Positions 20,392 to 30,823 of a stretch of DNA of 64,000 bases are shown here, piece by piece. The notes beneath the pieces are model-generated. The model was not told where the DNA came from. It worked only from the letters and a program-made list of their open reading frames with translations, and searched no databases. Every line of letters starts with the position of its first letter. Position 1 is the stretch's first letter. Position numbers and translations under genes: made by a program. This stretch comes from an uncultured Verrucomicrobiae bacterium (GTDB taxonomy: Bacteria > Verrucomicrobiota > Verrucomicrobiia > Opitutales > JABDGR01), in NCBI GenBank assembly GCA_963765205.1, contig CAVXVB010000007.1, positions 288,001 to 352,000 of the forward strand, read 5' to 3'.

Positions 20392-22557
20392 ATGTCCATT
20401 CGCCGCCTTTTTGAATTCCTTCTGCGTCGACGGGTTTTAATCCAGACGGCGTTTGTGGTCATTGTCACGGCCGTCTATATCTGGATGATCCAGGATCAGA
20501 GCACCTGGGTGAAGGTTTTTGAAAATTACATGCTGCAATGGCGCTGGGACATCGGCCCCCCCCGGGAAGCGCCCAAGGACATCGTCATCATCGGGGTCTA
20601 CGACACCACGTTTAACGTCCTCAAGCAGGAGACGGGCACTTTGGCGCGCGCCAAACTGCCGGAATTGAGATACCTGACGGACAGTTGGCCGTGGGACCGC
20701 CAACTGTGGGGCGATCTGGCCGAGCGGTTTCTAGGCGCCGGCGCGAAATTCGTCGCCTACGACTTGGTGTTCAATGGCCATACGGATGGCGATGACGCGT
20801 GTGGTAGGATTTTTGAAACATACTCCGACCCGGTGGATCCCTCCAATACTTCAATCGTTATCGCATCGCAATTGGGCGGTTCGGCCCCCGGCAGCCAGCA
20901 GATGATTATCGAGCCGGAACCCGCGCTGACCAAATACGCCGGGGGGGAGGACATCGTCGGCGTGGTCCGATTGAATGAGGACGACGGCTTGGTGCGCAAC
21001 ATTCAGAACCATTGGGACTTGAAGGGGGTCGAAATCATGGAGCGGATGCGCAACCCGGGTGTGGATGTGCCGCCCCACAGCGAGTTTTCGCTGGCCTGGA
21101 TGGCGGCCAAAAGAGTGTTGCACCAACCACCGCAACGCGACCCCGACTCGCCCATGCTCATCAATTATTATCCTCCGATTGACCCCAAGGCCGGGGTCCC
21201 CCCCACGATCACGACCCTGCGCCTCGAGGACGTGCTGCGCGATTGGGACACGATTTACGACAATGGGGCGTATTTTAAAAACAAAGTGGTGTTTTTCGGC
21301 CCGATTGGGGAAGCGCACTTTTCCGACCAATACAACACGATGGCCGGCTATATGCCCGGAGTGGAAATCCAGGCCACGGCTTTCGCCAACCTGGTCAACG
21401 AGGAGTGGCTGGTGCCCGCGCCCGATTGGGTGGTGCTGGTCTTGGCCATCGGGCTGGGCGCGCTGGCGCTGATGGTCTCGCTGTATGTGCACTCGGTGAT
21501 GGTCAAAATGAGCCTCTTTATGAGTCTGGGGGCGTTTTTCCTGATCGCCTCGCAGCATTTGTTTTGGTCGAACTTGTTTGTGGCGCCGGTGGCGGGCGCG
21601 GCCCTCATCCTCATCAGCACGGGCGTGTTTGGCACGCTATATGATTACATCCTCGGACAATATGAGCGCCAGCGCATGTTGGGCATGTTTGAGAGCATGG
21701 TCTCGCCGGGCGTCGCGGGTTTGCTCCTCAGCCACCGCGGCGATTTCGAGAAACGCCTCGGCGGGCAGCGCCAGGAAGTGGTCATCCTCTTTGGCGATAT
21801 CCGCAACTTCACCAGTTGGAGCGAGAAGGTCGGCCCCGAGGCGCTCGTCGCCCAGTTGAACGAGCACCTTTCCTCCATGGTAAACATTGTGCAGGAGGAA
21901 GGCGGCACGGTGCAAAAATACATTGGCGACGCCCTCATGATTGCCTGGGGCGACGTGCGCGCGCAACCCCCGGCGGACGGCGCCGAGCACGCCGTGCGCT
22001 CCGCCCTGCGCATGCAAGCCGCACTCAAGGCCTTGAATGCGGGCTGGCAGGACCAACCCGGCCGCCAGCAATTGACCCTCGGCATCGGCATCAACCACGG
22101 TTGGAGCGTGGTCGGGCGCATCGGGCACCCGCGGCGGCAGGAATTCACCGTCATGGGCGACGCGGTCAATCTGGCCGCCCGGCTGGAAAGCGCCACGAAA
22201 CAATACCGCCAGCCCATCTTGGTCGGCGAATCCATTTATGAAATGACGAAGGAACTTTTTATTTACCGGCAGGTGGACAAAATGATGGTGAAGGGCCAGT
22301 CTCTCGCGGTGCGGGTGTATGCGCCGCTGGGTGAAGCGGGCGCCGCGACCCCGCCGGGCCTGGCCGCGTATGAATCCGCCGTGGCCAAATACTACACGCG
22401 CGATTTCGCCGGCGCCGCGGAATTATTCCGCTCGGCCAACGCGCAGATGGGCGGGGCCGATTTCCTTTGCGGAAATTATCTCGAACGCTGCGCCTATTAC
22501 CAGCAGTCGCCTCCGCCGATGGATTGGGATGGCGGCTGGGTGTTGAAAGAAAAATAG
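20392..22557 (+). CDS. CHASE2-domain class III adenylate/guanylate cyclase
   Basis: PW.R..W..L, YD.VF, MPGVEIQA (CHASE2); TM helices; LFGDIRNFT, KYIGDA, GIGIN.G, FTVMGDAVNLAARLES. Confidence 0.93.
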   Translation: MSIRRLFEFLLRRRVLIQTAFVVIVTAVYIWMIQDQSTWVKVFENYMLQWRWDIGPPREAPKDIVIIGVYDTTFNVLKQETGTLARAKLPELRYLTDSWPWDRQLWGDLAERFLGAGAKFVAYDLVFNGHTDGDDACGRIFETYSDPVDPSNTSIVIASQLGGSAPGSQQMIIEPEPALTKYAGGEDIVGVVRLNEDDGLVRNIQNHWDLKGVEIMERMRNPGVDVPPHSEFSLAWMAAKRVLHQPPQRDPDSPMLINYYPPIDPKAGVPPTITTLRLEDVLRDWDTIYDNGAYFKNKVVFFGPIGEAHFSDQYNTMAGYMPGVEIQATAFANLVNEEWLVPAPDWVVLVLAIGLGALALMVSLYVHSVMVKMSLFMSLGAFFLIASQHLFWSNLFVAPVAGAALILISTGVFGTLYDYILGQYERQRMLGMFESMVSPGVAGLLLSHRGDFEKRLGGQRQEVVILFGDIRNFTSWSEKVGPEALVAQLNEHLSSMVNIVQEEGGTVQKYIGDALMIAWGDVRAQPPADGAEHAVRSALRMQAALKALNAGWQDQPGRQQLTLGIGINHGWSVVGRIGHPRRQEFTVMGDAVNLAARLESATKQYRQPILVGESIYEMTKELFIYRQVDKMMVKGQSLAVRVYAPLGEAGAATPPGLAAYESAVAKYYTRDFAGAAELFRSANAQMGGADFLCGNYLERCAYYQQSPPPMDWDGGWVLKEK

Positions 22558-22641
22558 ACGACCACTTGTGAAATTTGACCGAACCAAATCCGCCTTCTCA
22601 ATATTACATTATTGCAACATTTTTTCCTGGAGATAATATAC

Positions 22642-23346
22642 ATGAGTGGAATGCCATTATTGACCGCCTCTGCAGCGCTCAAGCCCAACGCTGGGATGAC
22701 TTGGCGGCTGGTTTGGCTGGCGGCATGGGTGTTGTTGGCGCAGCCCAGGCTGGCGCTGGCCGCCCCGGGTGTTGCCGCCGCGAGCGCGGCCGCCTCCGGC
22801 ACCGGCACGGCAAACGCCACCGCCCCGGCGGTCCAAGCTGCCGCCTCCATGGCAGGGACAGACAAAGTCTGGCCCGCCGAAAAACTGCCTCCCGATGCCG
22901 TCACCGGCATCATTTACGATACAGTCAATAACCCAAACTTTTCCCTGGAATATCCCGATACATGGCAACCGGACAAAGGGGCCAAGGATTTTGACCCGAA
23001 CACCAATTTCACGCTGGTCAGCCCGAAAAACAGCTACGTTCAGATCACTATCTCGCCCAAAACGAGCGATCCCGCCAAAATCGTCAGTGAAACGGTAAAA
23101 AAGCTGGATGGCCCGGCCATCACCACCCTGACCCGGACCAAAATTGATGAATGGGGCAGCCACACAGGCCAAGGCTTGCACCTGAAGGGGAAAATCGTTG
23201 GCAGCTTTCCCGGCGGCATCAAAATCTTTGCTTTCTCCAGCGCGCATTTCAACGTCCTTATTATTGAATATTATTTCTCGGATGAATTGAAGGACGTGCA
23301 GGACGACTTCGAATACATCAGCAAAAATTTCAAGATGAACAACTAA
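22642..23346 (+). CDS. Exported hypothetical protein (possible PsbP/DcrB-like fold)
   Basis: Signal-like hydrophobic N-terminus, Ala-rich linker, NFSLEYPDTW motif; start uncertain. Confidence 0.6.
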   Translation: MSGMPLLTASAALKPNAGMTWRLVWLAAWVLLAQPRLALAAPGVAAASAAASGTGTANATAPAVQAAASMAGTDKVWPAEKLPPDAVTGIIYDTVNNPNFSLEYPDTWQPDKGAKDFDPNTNFTLVSPKNSYVQITISPKTSDPAKIVSETVKKLDGPAITTLTRTKIDEWGSHTGQGLHLKGKIVGSFPGGIKIFAFSSAHFNVLIIEYYFSDELKDVQDDFEYISKNFKMNN

Positions 23347-23386
23347 GGCGGAGGGGTGCCCCCCGCGGGAGGGTGCGCATGAGCGC

Positions 23387-23707
23387 TCAAAGCTCAATCA
23401 CGGTCAAACTGCGCTTTACTGGTCGCTGTGCTGCCTGGAGAATCGCCGGAACGAGTGGCTCCCGGTTGCGGATGGAATTGCTGCGTGCGCGGAGCAAAAA
23501 GACGCCGATCTCGTATTTGCCGAGGTTCTGCTGGTATGGGATGCCCTGGTCCAGCGTCAGGAAAATATCAAACTCCGTCTGGGCGCGGGTCAAAAGCTTG
23601 CCGTTCTGCAAGCCCGCCCAACCCATGTGTTTAACAGTGCGGCCCTCGTGGCCCGTCAAAAGCGGTGCCAATTCCTTGGGCAAATTCTCATCAAGAAGAA
23701 TGCGCAA
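23387..23707 (-). CDS. DUF5615 PIN-like toxin
   Basis: MRILLDENLP, TV..MGW.G..NG.LL, FD..LT.DQ.IP.QQNL; start overlaps the antitoxin 3' end. Confidence 0.88.
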   Translation of the reverse strand: MRILLDENLPKELAPLLTGHEGRTVKHMGWAGLQNGKLLTRAQTEFDIFLTLDQGIPYQQNLGKYEIGVFLLRARSNSIRNREPLVPAILQAAQRPVKRSLTVIEL

Positions 23708-23915
23708 GGGCGGCCTCCTCCGTGCGATTCTTGGACTCCTCCAGCACGGCCAGGCACTGCTCGCGCTTCACCGTGGGGAAGCTCTCCAGAAACTGATCGA
23801 GCGTGTAATCTTCCTCAAGGTGGTCAAACAGGCTGCGCACCGGCACGCGCGTCCCGATGAACACGACGGCCCCTCCCAGAATCTCAGGGTCGGAGTGGTA
23901 AACGTTGTTTTTCAT
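23691..23915 (-). CDS. DUF433 antitoxin
   Basis: SDPEILGG.VVF.GTRVPV..LFD.LE...TLD.FLE.FP.V..EQ. Confidence 0.9.
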   Translation of the reverse strand: MKNNVYHSDPEILGGAVVFIGTRVPVRSLFDHLEEDYTLDQFLESFPTVKREQCLAVLEESKNRTEEAALAHSS

Positions 23916-24050
23916 AAAAGCATTTTCGCCGTTTCCACCCAAAAGGCAAGCCTCCGTCGTGGTGCCATAAATGGAGGCCAACGGTGAGCAATGAACTCGT
24001 GGCGGCTTAGCGCCCCGGCGCTGCCATCCTCGGTGCGGCCTGAACTAAAG

Positions 24051-24134
24051 TGCCCGGGACAGGATTTGAACCTGCACGGCCTCGCGGCCAATGGATCCTA
24101 AGTCCATCGCGTCTGCCAATTCCGCCACCCGGGC
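24051..24134 (-). tRNA. tRNA-Leu (TAG)
   Basis: GCCCGGG acceptor stem, TGGCGGAATTGGCAGACGC D-arm, ATGGA-CTTAGGA-TCCAT anticodon arm, long variable arm, GGTTCAAATCC T-loop; CCA not encoded. Confidence 0.96.
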
Positions 24135-24289
24135 GGGCCAGGGGAAGCCGCCAGTTTGCCGGATACCGCCGCCGATTGCAAATCGCGAGTGGTGCCCTAG
24201 GCAAGCTTTTGGTCAAAGGGAAACTTCCCGCCATGCAACCGTGACAAAATCCGTCTTGGCCCGCGGGCGCGATTAGGCTTTGGTGGCCC

Positions 24290-25678
24290 ATGCGCTCCTG
24301 GTGGAACCAAGCCCGGCCCACACTTGCCCTCGCCGTCCCGATGATCATCGGGCAGTTGGGCCAGATGCTCATGCCTTTGATTGACGCCGCCATGGTCGGG
24401 CGGCTAGGCGTGACGCCGCTGGCGGCGGTGGCGTTCGGCAACCTGGTGGTGTGGATTCCCATGATTGCCGGATTTGGCATTTGCGTCGCCGTGCATGTTT
24501 TGGTCGCTTCGGCTTACGCGGCGGGCGAGCGCGAGGAAGCCGGCGAAATCCTGCGCCACGGCCTGGGTCTGGCGGTCGCCTACGGCTTTATTTGCAGCGC
24601 CGGTTTGCAAGTGGGCCTGCCTTGGCTCAACGCGGTGCCGCGGGTTGAGCCGGAGGTCATCGCCGCCGCCCAGCCGTTCATTGCTTGGATCGGCTGGTCC
24701 ATCATCCCGGTGCTTGGCTACACGGCGGTGAAAAATTATTGCGAAGCGAAAAACCGCCCATGGTTGCCGCTCATCGTGCTGACTGCGAGCGTCGCCTTGA
24801 ACGTATTTTTGAATTGGATTTTGATTTTTGGGCATTGGGGCGCGCCGGCGATGGGCGCGCCGGGCGCGGGGCTGGCCACCTTGATCGCCCGGCTGGCGGC
24901 CTGGTTGGCGCTGTTTCTGATCGTGCAGTTATCACCGGAATTGCGCGCCGAGTGGCCGCGCGGAGTGCTGGCGCGGCTGTCCCGCGAGCGTCTGCGGCGG
25001 ATGCTGGTTCTGGGCGGCCCGAGCGCCGGGCAGATTTTGTTCGAGGTGGGCGTGTTCAATCTGGCGACGTTGCTGGCGGGGATGCTGGGCAAGGTCGTGC
25101 TCGACGCGCACCAAATCGCGCTGAACATCGCGGCGGTCGCGTTCATGGTGCCGCTGGGCTTGTCCCAGGCGACGGGCATCCGCGTCAGCCAGGCCGTTGG
25201 CGCTGGCCATTTCGGGGAGGCGCGGCGCATCGGCTGGAACAGCCTCGGGCTGGCCTGCGCGTTCATGGCGGCGTGCGGGCTGGGCGTGCTGCTCGTGCGC
25301 CATCAGCTTCCCCAATTATTTTTGAAGCCGGACACCCCCGAGGCCCGCAGTGTCGTGTCGCTCGCGTCCACGCTGCTCTTGTGGGCGGCGGCGTTCGCGG
25401 TGTTCGATGGCGCCCAGATCACCAGCCTCGGCATTTTGCGCGGGCTGCACGACGTGCGCGTACCGACGGCCATTTCGTTCACGGGCTACTGGCTGGTGGC
25501 TGCGCCGTTGGCGTGCTATTGGGGCTGGGTGAAAGGGTGGGGCGGTCCGGGCGTGTGGGCGGCGCTGGCCCTCGGCGTCATGGTAGTCGCCGTGCTGCTG
25601 GTCGGGCGCTTTGCCGTGATTTCCCGCCGCGGGGAACAAAGAGAAATTCTCGCCAGCGCGCGGCCCGAAGGGATATAG
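24290..25678 (+). CDS. MATE-family efflux transporter (NorM-like)
   Basis: LALAVP.IIGQLGQ, ID..MVGRLG..LAAVA, PAMGA.GAG.AT, AHQIALN, FDG.Q; ~12 TM. Confidence 0.92.
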   Translation: MRSWWNQARPTLALAVPMIIGQLGQMLMPLIDAAMVGRLGVTPLAAVAFGNLVVWIPMIAGFGICVAVHVLVASAYAAGEREEAGEILRHGLGLAVAYGFICSAGLQVGLPWLNAVPRVEPEVIAAAQPFIAWIGWSIIPVLGYTAVKNYCEAKNRPWLPLIVLTASVALNVFLNWILIFGHWGAPAMGAPGAGLATLIARLAAWLALFLIVQLSPELRAEWPRGVLARLSRERLRRMLVLGGPSAGQILFEVGVFNLATLLAGMLGKVVLDAHQIALNIAAVAFMVPLGLSQATGIRVSQAVGAGHFGEARRIGWNSLGLACAFMAACGLGVLLVRHQLPQLFLKPDTPEARSVVSLASTLLLWAAAFAVFDGAQITSLGILRGLHDVRVPTAISFTGYWLVAAPLACYWGWVKGWGGPGVWAALALGVMVVAVLLVGRFAVISRRGEQREILASARPEGI

Positions 25679-25690
25679 ACCATCCATCCC

Positions 25691-26203
25691 ATGCACAACA
25701 AAGTCATTGCCGGATTGGCCTTGGTCTTCGTGATTTTTGAGGTCGCGCAGTTGGTAATCGCCCACCGTTACATCGGCCCGGCGCAAATTCGCCGCCGGCT
25801 GCACCCCTTGGAGGCGCCGGAGACGCCGCCATGGCTGCTCAGCGTAGGCTGGATGAGCGCCCTTTGGGCGGATTACGCATTTCAAGTCGCGCTGTTTTTC
25901 ACCTCCCTGTATATCGTGCAATTGACGGCACTGTTGATGCTCGGGGTCAGCCTGACAGGATTTATCTTGCGGCGAAGCTGTGGCTTGAAGTGGGGGCTGG
26001 TGGTGATGACGTTCGAGGGCGCGCTCCGCGTGGGGTGCCTGATGGCCGCTTTTTCCCTGCTGGCACTGCCCCACTCCTGGATACACACCAATATTCCGTG
26101 GTTTAGTCAGGGCGCCGCCGTTTTCCCGGCCAACGCCTCGAGCACAATATCCGGCGTGAGCACGGCGGGCAGGACAACTGGGTCGGCGCGCCCTGGTAGG
26201 TAA
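25691..26203 (+). CDS. Hypothetical membrane protein
   Basis: Four hydrophobic segments; starts 12 nt after MATE; 3' end overlaps the dsbD 3' end. Confidence 0.55.
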   Translation: MHNKVIAGLALVFVIFEVAQLVIAHRYIGPAQIRRRLHPLEAPETPPWLLSVGWMSALWADYAFQVALFFTSLYIVQLTALLMLGVSLTGFILRRSCGLKWGLVVMTFEGALRVGCLMAAFSLLALPHSWIHTNIPWFSQGAAVFPANASSTISGVSTAGRTTGSARPGR

Positions 26204-28308
26204 AGCAAATCGAAGGGCACCGATGAGCGCCCAAACCGCGCCAGCTCGGCGGTGATGGCCGGGTCGTTCGCCGTCCAGTCCGCCCGCAACAGGGCGACGT
26301 TCTCGCGGTTGAATTCCGCCCGCACCCGGTCCGTTGAGTGGAATAACACATCCTTGTTCGCCTGGCACGTCAGGCACCAGCGCGCGGTGAAGTCCACATA
26401 AATCGGCCGCCCTTCCTTTTGCAATTCGGCCACGCGCTCCGCCGACCACGGTTGCCAACCCAAATCCTGCAGTGGCCAATACGCCACCGCAATCGCCGCA
26501 ATGAGCAACAGCAACCCGCCGATTTGCCCCGCGCGCCGCCGCGCCGGGCTGGCGGCGGCTGTCGCATAGCGCCCGTAAAACCACGCCGCCAGCCCCGCCA
26601 GCACCAGCGCGAGCAGGATATTTAAAAAACGCTCCTCCGGCGTAACTTGCCCGGCAAGCGTGTAGAGCAAAAAGCCCACCGTCGCATACAGCGGAAACGC
26701 CATGAGCTGCTTAAATGTCTCCATCCACGCCCCCGGCCGCGGCAGCGCCCGCGCCAACCCGGGCCACAGCGACAGCACCAGATAGGGCGACGCCAGGCCC
26801 AGCGCGATGGCGGTGAACACTACATACGCCGCGCCCGCGGGCAGCGTGAACGCCGCACCCAACGCCGGCGCCAGCAGCGGCGCGGTGCAAGGCGTCGCCA
26901 CCACCACCGCCAGACCGCCCTGGAAAAACGACCCCGCCAATCCCGTTTTTTCGCTTAAATCCCCGCCCGCGCCAATGAGCGAGCCGCCGACTTCAAACAC
27001 GCCGCTCAAACTCAGCGCAAAAAGTAAAAAGAAAATCGCCAGCCCAATGACAAACCCCGGCGACTGCAACTGGAAACCCCAGCCCAGTTGCGCGCCCGCC
27101 GCGCGCAACGCGAGCAGCACGCCCACCAGCACCCACATGCTTGCCACCACGCCCGCCGTGTAGGCCAGCCCGTGCCCGGCCACCCTCCCTCCCGCCGCCC
27201 CCGCCTGCCGCGCCAGCCCCAGCGCCTTGATTCCCAAAACCGGAAAAACACACGGCATAATATTTAATATCAATCCACCGAAAAACCCCAGCACCAGCAA
27301 CCCCGCCAGGCCACCCGCCGGGGCCGGGGCGGCCATCGTCGCCGCGAAATCCGCGAACGCTGCGGGCGGCGTGTTATCCAACGGCGCGACGACGGCGAAG
27401 CCCGCGCTCCCCGCGCCGTCGAACGTCAATACGCCGGGCAGTGTTGTAACGCCGGAGGGTGCGGAAGCGGCACGGCTCAGTTCGAGCACCCAGCCCGCGC
27501 GGGTGCGGTGCAAAATCTGCGGCGCGGCGGCTTTTGTCTGGCTGTCGGCGGAATAGAAATACGCCCCGGTCAGTTGTGCCGGGACTTGCGCGCCGGTCCG
27601 CGGCTCCAGACCCAGAAAAAGTTGGTCGCCCTGCCGCCAAGCCGAAATGTCAAACATCATCTCAGGCTGGGGCAGCGCCGCCCGCGCCGCGTCAAACTCC
27701 GGCTGGTTGGCGGCATCAACCGGCGCCGTGGCTGCCACCGGCAACTCTAGCGAAACATTGCCCCCCCCCTGTTTGCAATTCGCGTCGGAACACTCCAGCC
27801 AGTCCACTTTGGCGGCCAGTTTGGCCGTGTCGCCTGGTTTCAAGCCCGCGGGCGGCGTGAGCGTCACCAGCATCACCGCCGTGCCCTCGTAGCCGTAATC
27901 CATGAAATTATCGAGGGGCAGTTTTTTTGGCGTCGGCCATTGCAGCGGCCCGGCCGTCCACCCCGGTGGCAGTTGCCATTCGACGGTCGTCGGTCCACCC
28001 GCGTCCCCATAATTGATCCAATACGTATGCCACCCCGGATCCATTTTCAAACGCAAGGCCACCGTCACGGGCTGCCCGGGGGCGACCGCGCTCGTCTCCG
28101 CCAGCAAGTCCGCCTGCGTGTGGGTTTCCGTCAGCAAGTCAGTCTGAGTCGGCCCGCCCGTGCCGAATCCGGGCAGTCCCGTCAACGTCGCCGCCGCGCA
28201 GATTAAGCTCGCGCCGCCGAGATAAAATATCCCCGCGACCCAGCCCGCCAGGCCGGCTCGCCGCGCCTGTCGCAGAAACTCACCCAGCCATGGCCCATAA
28301 TTCATCAT
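26107..28308 (-). CDS. dsbD: Protein-disulfide reductase DsbD family
   Basis: GWHTYW.N.GD.G N-domain, LN.MPCVFPVL and TPCTAP TM cysteines, DFTA.WC.TC thioredoxin domain; start uncertain. Confidence 0.9.
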   Translation of the reverse strand: MMNYGPWLGEFLRQARRAGLAGWVAGIFYLGGASLICAAATLTGLPGFGTGGPTQTDLLTETHTQADLLAETSAVAPGQPVTVALRLKMDPGWHTYWINYGDAGGPTTVEWQLPPGWTAGPLQWPTPKKLPLDNFMDYGYEGTAVMLVTLTPPAGLKPGDTAKLAAKVDWLECSDANCKQGGGNVSLELPVAATAPVDAANQPEFDAARAALPQPEMMFDISAWRQGDQLFLGLEPRTGAQVPAQLTGAYFYSADSQTKAAAPQILHRTRAGWVLELSRAASAPSGVTTLPGVLTFDGAGSAGFAVVAPLDNTPPAAFADFAATMAAPAPAGGLAGLLVLGFFGGLILNIMPCVFPVLGIKALGLARQAGAAGGRVAGHGLAYTAGVVASMWVLVGVLLALRAAGAQLGWGFQLQSPGFVIGLAIFFLLFALSLSGVFEVGGSLIGAGGDLSEKTGLAGSFFQGGLAVVVATPCTAPLLAPALGAAFTLPAGAAYVVFTAIALGLASPYLVLSLWPGLARALPRPGAWMETFKQLMAFPLYATVGFLLYTLAGQVTPEERFLNILLALVLAGLAAWFYGRYATAAASPARRRAGQIGGLLLLIAAIAVAYWPLQDLGWQPWSAERVAELQKEGRPIYVDFTARWCLTCQANKDVLFHSTDRVRAEFNRENVALLRADWTANDPAITAELARFGRSSVPFDLLYLPGRADPVVLPAVLTPDIVLEALAGKTAAP

Positions 28309-28564
28309 ACCGGACGGTTCTAACACCTGCCGGCCTCGCCGCCAAGGTTTCATCTTACTCATCTTGCGCGCCGCGAAATGCACCTCGCCCGCACAACCCG
28401 GGAAAATTCGGCAAACCGGCCGGCAACCTAATCTATGGAACGATATCATCCGGTTTAAACTGCGGGGTGAGGAAGGCGACCTGCTTTTCCAAACGATTTT
28501 TCACGCTAAACATTGCATCCCGGCCCAAATAAAGTTAAACGCTTATTTGAATTACCCCCGTCGG

Positions 28565-29251
28565 ATGGCCACCCCCCGCAAATCCACCGCCGCCACCCGC
28601 GAGCGCCTCATCCGCGCCGCCGAGCGCTGCTTCACGGAGCACGGCTACGAAGCCGCGTCCCTGCGCCAAATCACCCGCCTGGCCGGCGTGAACCTCGCCT
28701 CCGTCAATTATCACTTCTCCTCCAAAAAAGAGTTGTGGCTGGAAATCATGCAGCGCCGCCTCGTCCCCCTCAACGCCGAGCGCGTGCGCCTGCTCGAAGT
28801 CGCGCGCGCTGCCACGCCCCTTGGCCGCCCGCTCCCCGTCGAGCAAATTTGCGAGGCCATGCTCCTGCCCCTCCTCCATGTCTTTCAGGAAAACCGCACT
28901 TCGAGCGTCTGCGTCGCGCGCATGGTCGGCCGCGCCATCAACGTCCCCCAATCGCTCACCCGCGAGCTGAACCGCCGCAACCTCGACGAATTCTGGCGCA
29001 TCTTCCACGCCGCCCTGCGCGACGCCCTCCCCGGCGTCCCGGCCGCCGAGCTGGATTGGAAATTTTATTTCCTCATGTCCTCAATGATCGGCGCGCTCGC
29101 CTGGCAGGGCCGGCAGCCCGGCGTCGAACGCCAGTTGAACACCGAAAACCTCGAACCCATGCTCCGCCGCCTCTCCGTCTTTATCGCCGGCGGCCTGCGC
29201 ACCCCCCTCCTCGGCGCGACCAAGAGCAAAGACGCCAAAGCCAAAGCCTGA
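28565..29251 (+). CDS. TetR/AcrR-family regulator
   Basis: TRERLI.AAE..F.E.GY..SLR.IT..AGVN.ASVNYHF.SK..L. Confidence 0.92.
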   Translation: MATPRKSTAATRERLIRAAERCFTEHGYEAASLRQITRLAGVNLASVNYHFSSKKELWLEIMQRRLVPLNAERVRLLEVARAATPLGRPLPVEQICEAMLLPLLHVFQENRTSSVCVARMVGRAINVPQSLTRELNRRNLDEFWRIFHAALRDALPGVPAAELDWKFYFLMSSMIGALAWQGRQPGVERQLNTENLEPMLRRLSVFIAGGLRTPLLGATKSKDAKAKA

Positions 29252-29277
29252 AGCGCGGTTCTTGAGGAGAACTGGGT

Positions 29278-29439
29278 TTCACCGCCAAGCCGCGAAGGCC
29301 GTCTTTTCAATCCAAGACAACCACGGATAGCACGGATAAGAAGATGTGGCCGCTGCCTTCGAGATGAAAGACATCCGTGCTATCCGTGCCATCCGTGGTT
29401 AAATTCTTTCCTCCGCGCCCTTTGCGTCTTCGCGGTGAA
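29278..29439. repeat. Nested nonamer hairpins (CACGGAT family inside CGC[AG]AAG family)
   Basis: Inner arms 29319-29337 and 29373-29400; outer arms 29278-29298 and ~29416-29439. Confidence 0.75.
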
Positions 29440-29454
29440 CTTTCCTCACCCGCC

Positions 29455-29757
29455 CTACGCCTCCTCGAATTTCCGCGCGAACAACGCCTCCATCTCGCGC
29501 AACAACGCCTCCGCCCCGTCCCCGCTCGCCCGGAAGCGCAGTTTTGTCCCATGCCCCGCCGCCAGCATCATCAACCCCATGATGCTCTTGCCATTGACGG
29601 ACTCGTCGTCCTTTTCCACCCACACCTCCGCGTCGCTGAATTTATTCGACACCCGCACCATCATCGCGGCCGGGCGCGCGTGAATCCCCATCTTGTTTTG
29701 CACGATGAGCACGCGTTCAATACCGTCGGCCGGCGGGGTGTTTTGGGTGGCGGGCAT
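29455..29757 (-). CDS. ptsH: HPr phosphocarrier protein
   Basis: GIHARPAA (His15) and VNGKSIMGLMML (Ser46). Confidence 0.93.
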   Translation of the reverse strand: MPATQNTPPADGIERVLIVQNKMGIHARPAAMMVRVSNKFSDAEVWVEKDDESVNGKSIMGLMMLAAGHGTKLRFRASGDGAEALLREMEALFARKFEEA

Positions 29758-29946
29758 GGAAAGGAAGTCGCCGGGGCACGCCCAACCCTTCAGCCGGTGT
29801 TAAGCACGCCCCCGCTGGGTTAATAAACCAACGAATCCCCCCGGAGTCAAGCCGCCGCCGGTAAATAGAATATAAAAACGGCGTTAAAAAAACGGGGACG
29901 AAATTAGGTCAGGCGATGGGATATAAGGGGGGCCAACCGTGCGTCG

Positions 29947-30273
29947 TCAAAGCTCCACGACAGTCAGCGCCCGTTTTTGCGCCGTGGTCACCGCCGCGAG
30001 CATCGCCGGGAGCAGCGGACGCAAATCGTCGAGGTCGTTGGAGACGGCGCGCACGAGCAAGATCGCGATTTCAAATTTTGGCAGGTTTTGCTGGTGCGGG
30101 ATGCCCTGGTCCAACGTCAGGAAAACATCAAATTGCGCCTGCGCCAAGGCTAGGAGCCGGCCATTTTGGATGCCGCCCCAACCCATGCCCACCACCGTGG
30201 AAACCTGGTGGCCGGTCAAGAGCGGCCCCAATTGCCACGGCAGGTTTTCGTCAAGCAGGATGCGCGAGCGCAC
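29947..30273 (-). CDS. DUF5615 PIN-like toxin, copy 2
   Basis: RILLDENLP...MGWGGIQNGRLL...FLTLDQGIPHQQNL. Confidence 0.88.
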   Translation of the reverse strand: MRSRILLDENLPWQLGPLLTGHQVSTVVGMGWGGIQNGRLLALAQAQFDVFLTLDQGIPHQQNLPKFEIAILLVRAVSNDLDDLRPLLPAMLAAVTTAQKRALTVVEL

Positions 30274-30499
30274 CCTCCTCCACGGCGTGCTCCTTGGCCT
30301 CCTCCAGCGCCGCCCGGCATTGCTCGCGCGTCACGGACGGAAAACTCTCCAAAAAATAATCCACCGTGCGGCCCCGTTCCAGGTAGTCAAACAAGCTGCG
30401 CACCGGCACCCGCGTGCCCACGAACACCACCGTCCCGCCCAGAATGTCCGGGTCGGAGTGATAAACACGGCGTCCATGAGCCTGTCGAACGGCTTTCAT
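30251..30499 (-). CDS. DUF433 antitoxin, copy 2
   Basis: SDPDILGGTVVFVGTRVPVRSLFDYLE. Confidence 0.9.
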   Translation of the reverse strand: MKAVRQAHGRRVYHSDPDILGGTVVFVGTRVPVRSLFDYLERGRTVDYFLESFPSVTREQCRAALEEAKEHAVEEGALAHPA

Positions 30500-30555
30500 A
30501 CCCGCATTATCGCCGCTTCCGGTGAAAAGGCAAGACCCCTCCCGCCTGGTTAGTT

Positions 30556-30663
30556 GTAGGGGCGTCGCTTGCCGACGGCCCCTCGGGATTTTTGCAGACC
30601 CGACTGAGTAGGCTCTGTTTTTGTAACTGTCTCGACTCGTAGCGCGGTGCTTTAGCCCGCGCT
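30556..30663. repeat. Two GTAG-type REP-like palindromes
   Basis: GTAGGGGCGTCGCTTGCCGACGGCCCC (30556-30582) and CGTAGCGCGGTGCTTTAGCCCGCGCT (30638-30663). Confidence 0.65.
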
Positions 30664-30823
30664 CTGGGATAGAATCGAATTAACAGCGTTGCATATCTGT
30701 GGAACAAAAATTCCGTTTTCATCTTTCGAGCTGGTTTCGCCGATCACAACCATTTTGCCTGTTGGCGGATATGTCCTAATTCCGCGTTGATTTTGCGGTG
30801 AGCTTGAATTGCGGATGCCTCTA

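Noticed and set aside
22566..22585. CRP-like site downstream of the cyclase gene
   Set aside because: Only the TGTGA half-site is present; there is no TCACA at the required spacing.
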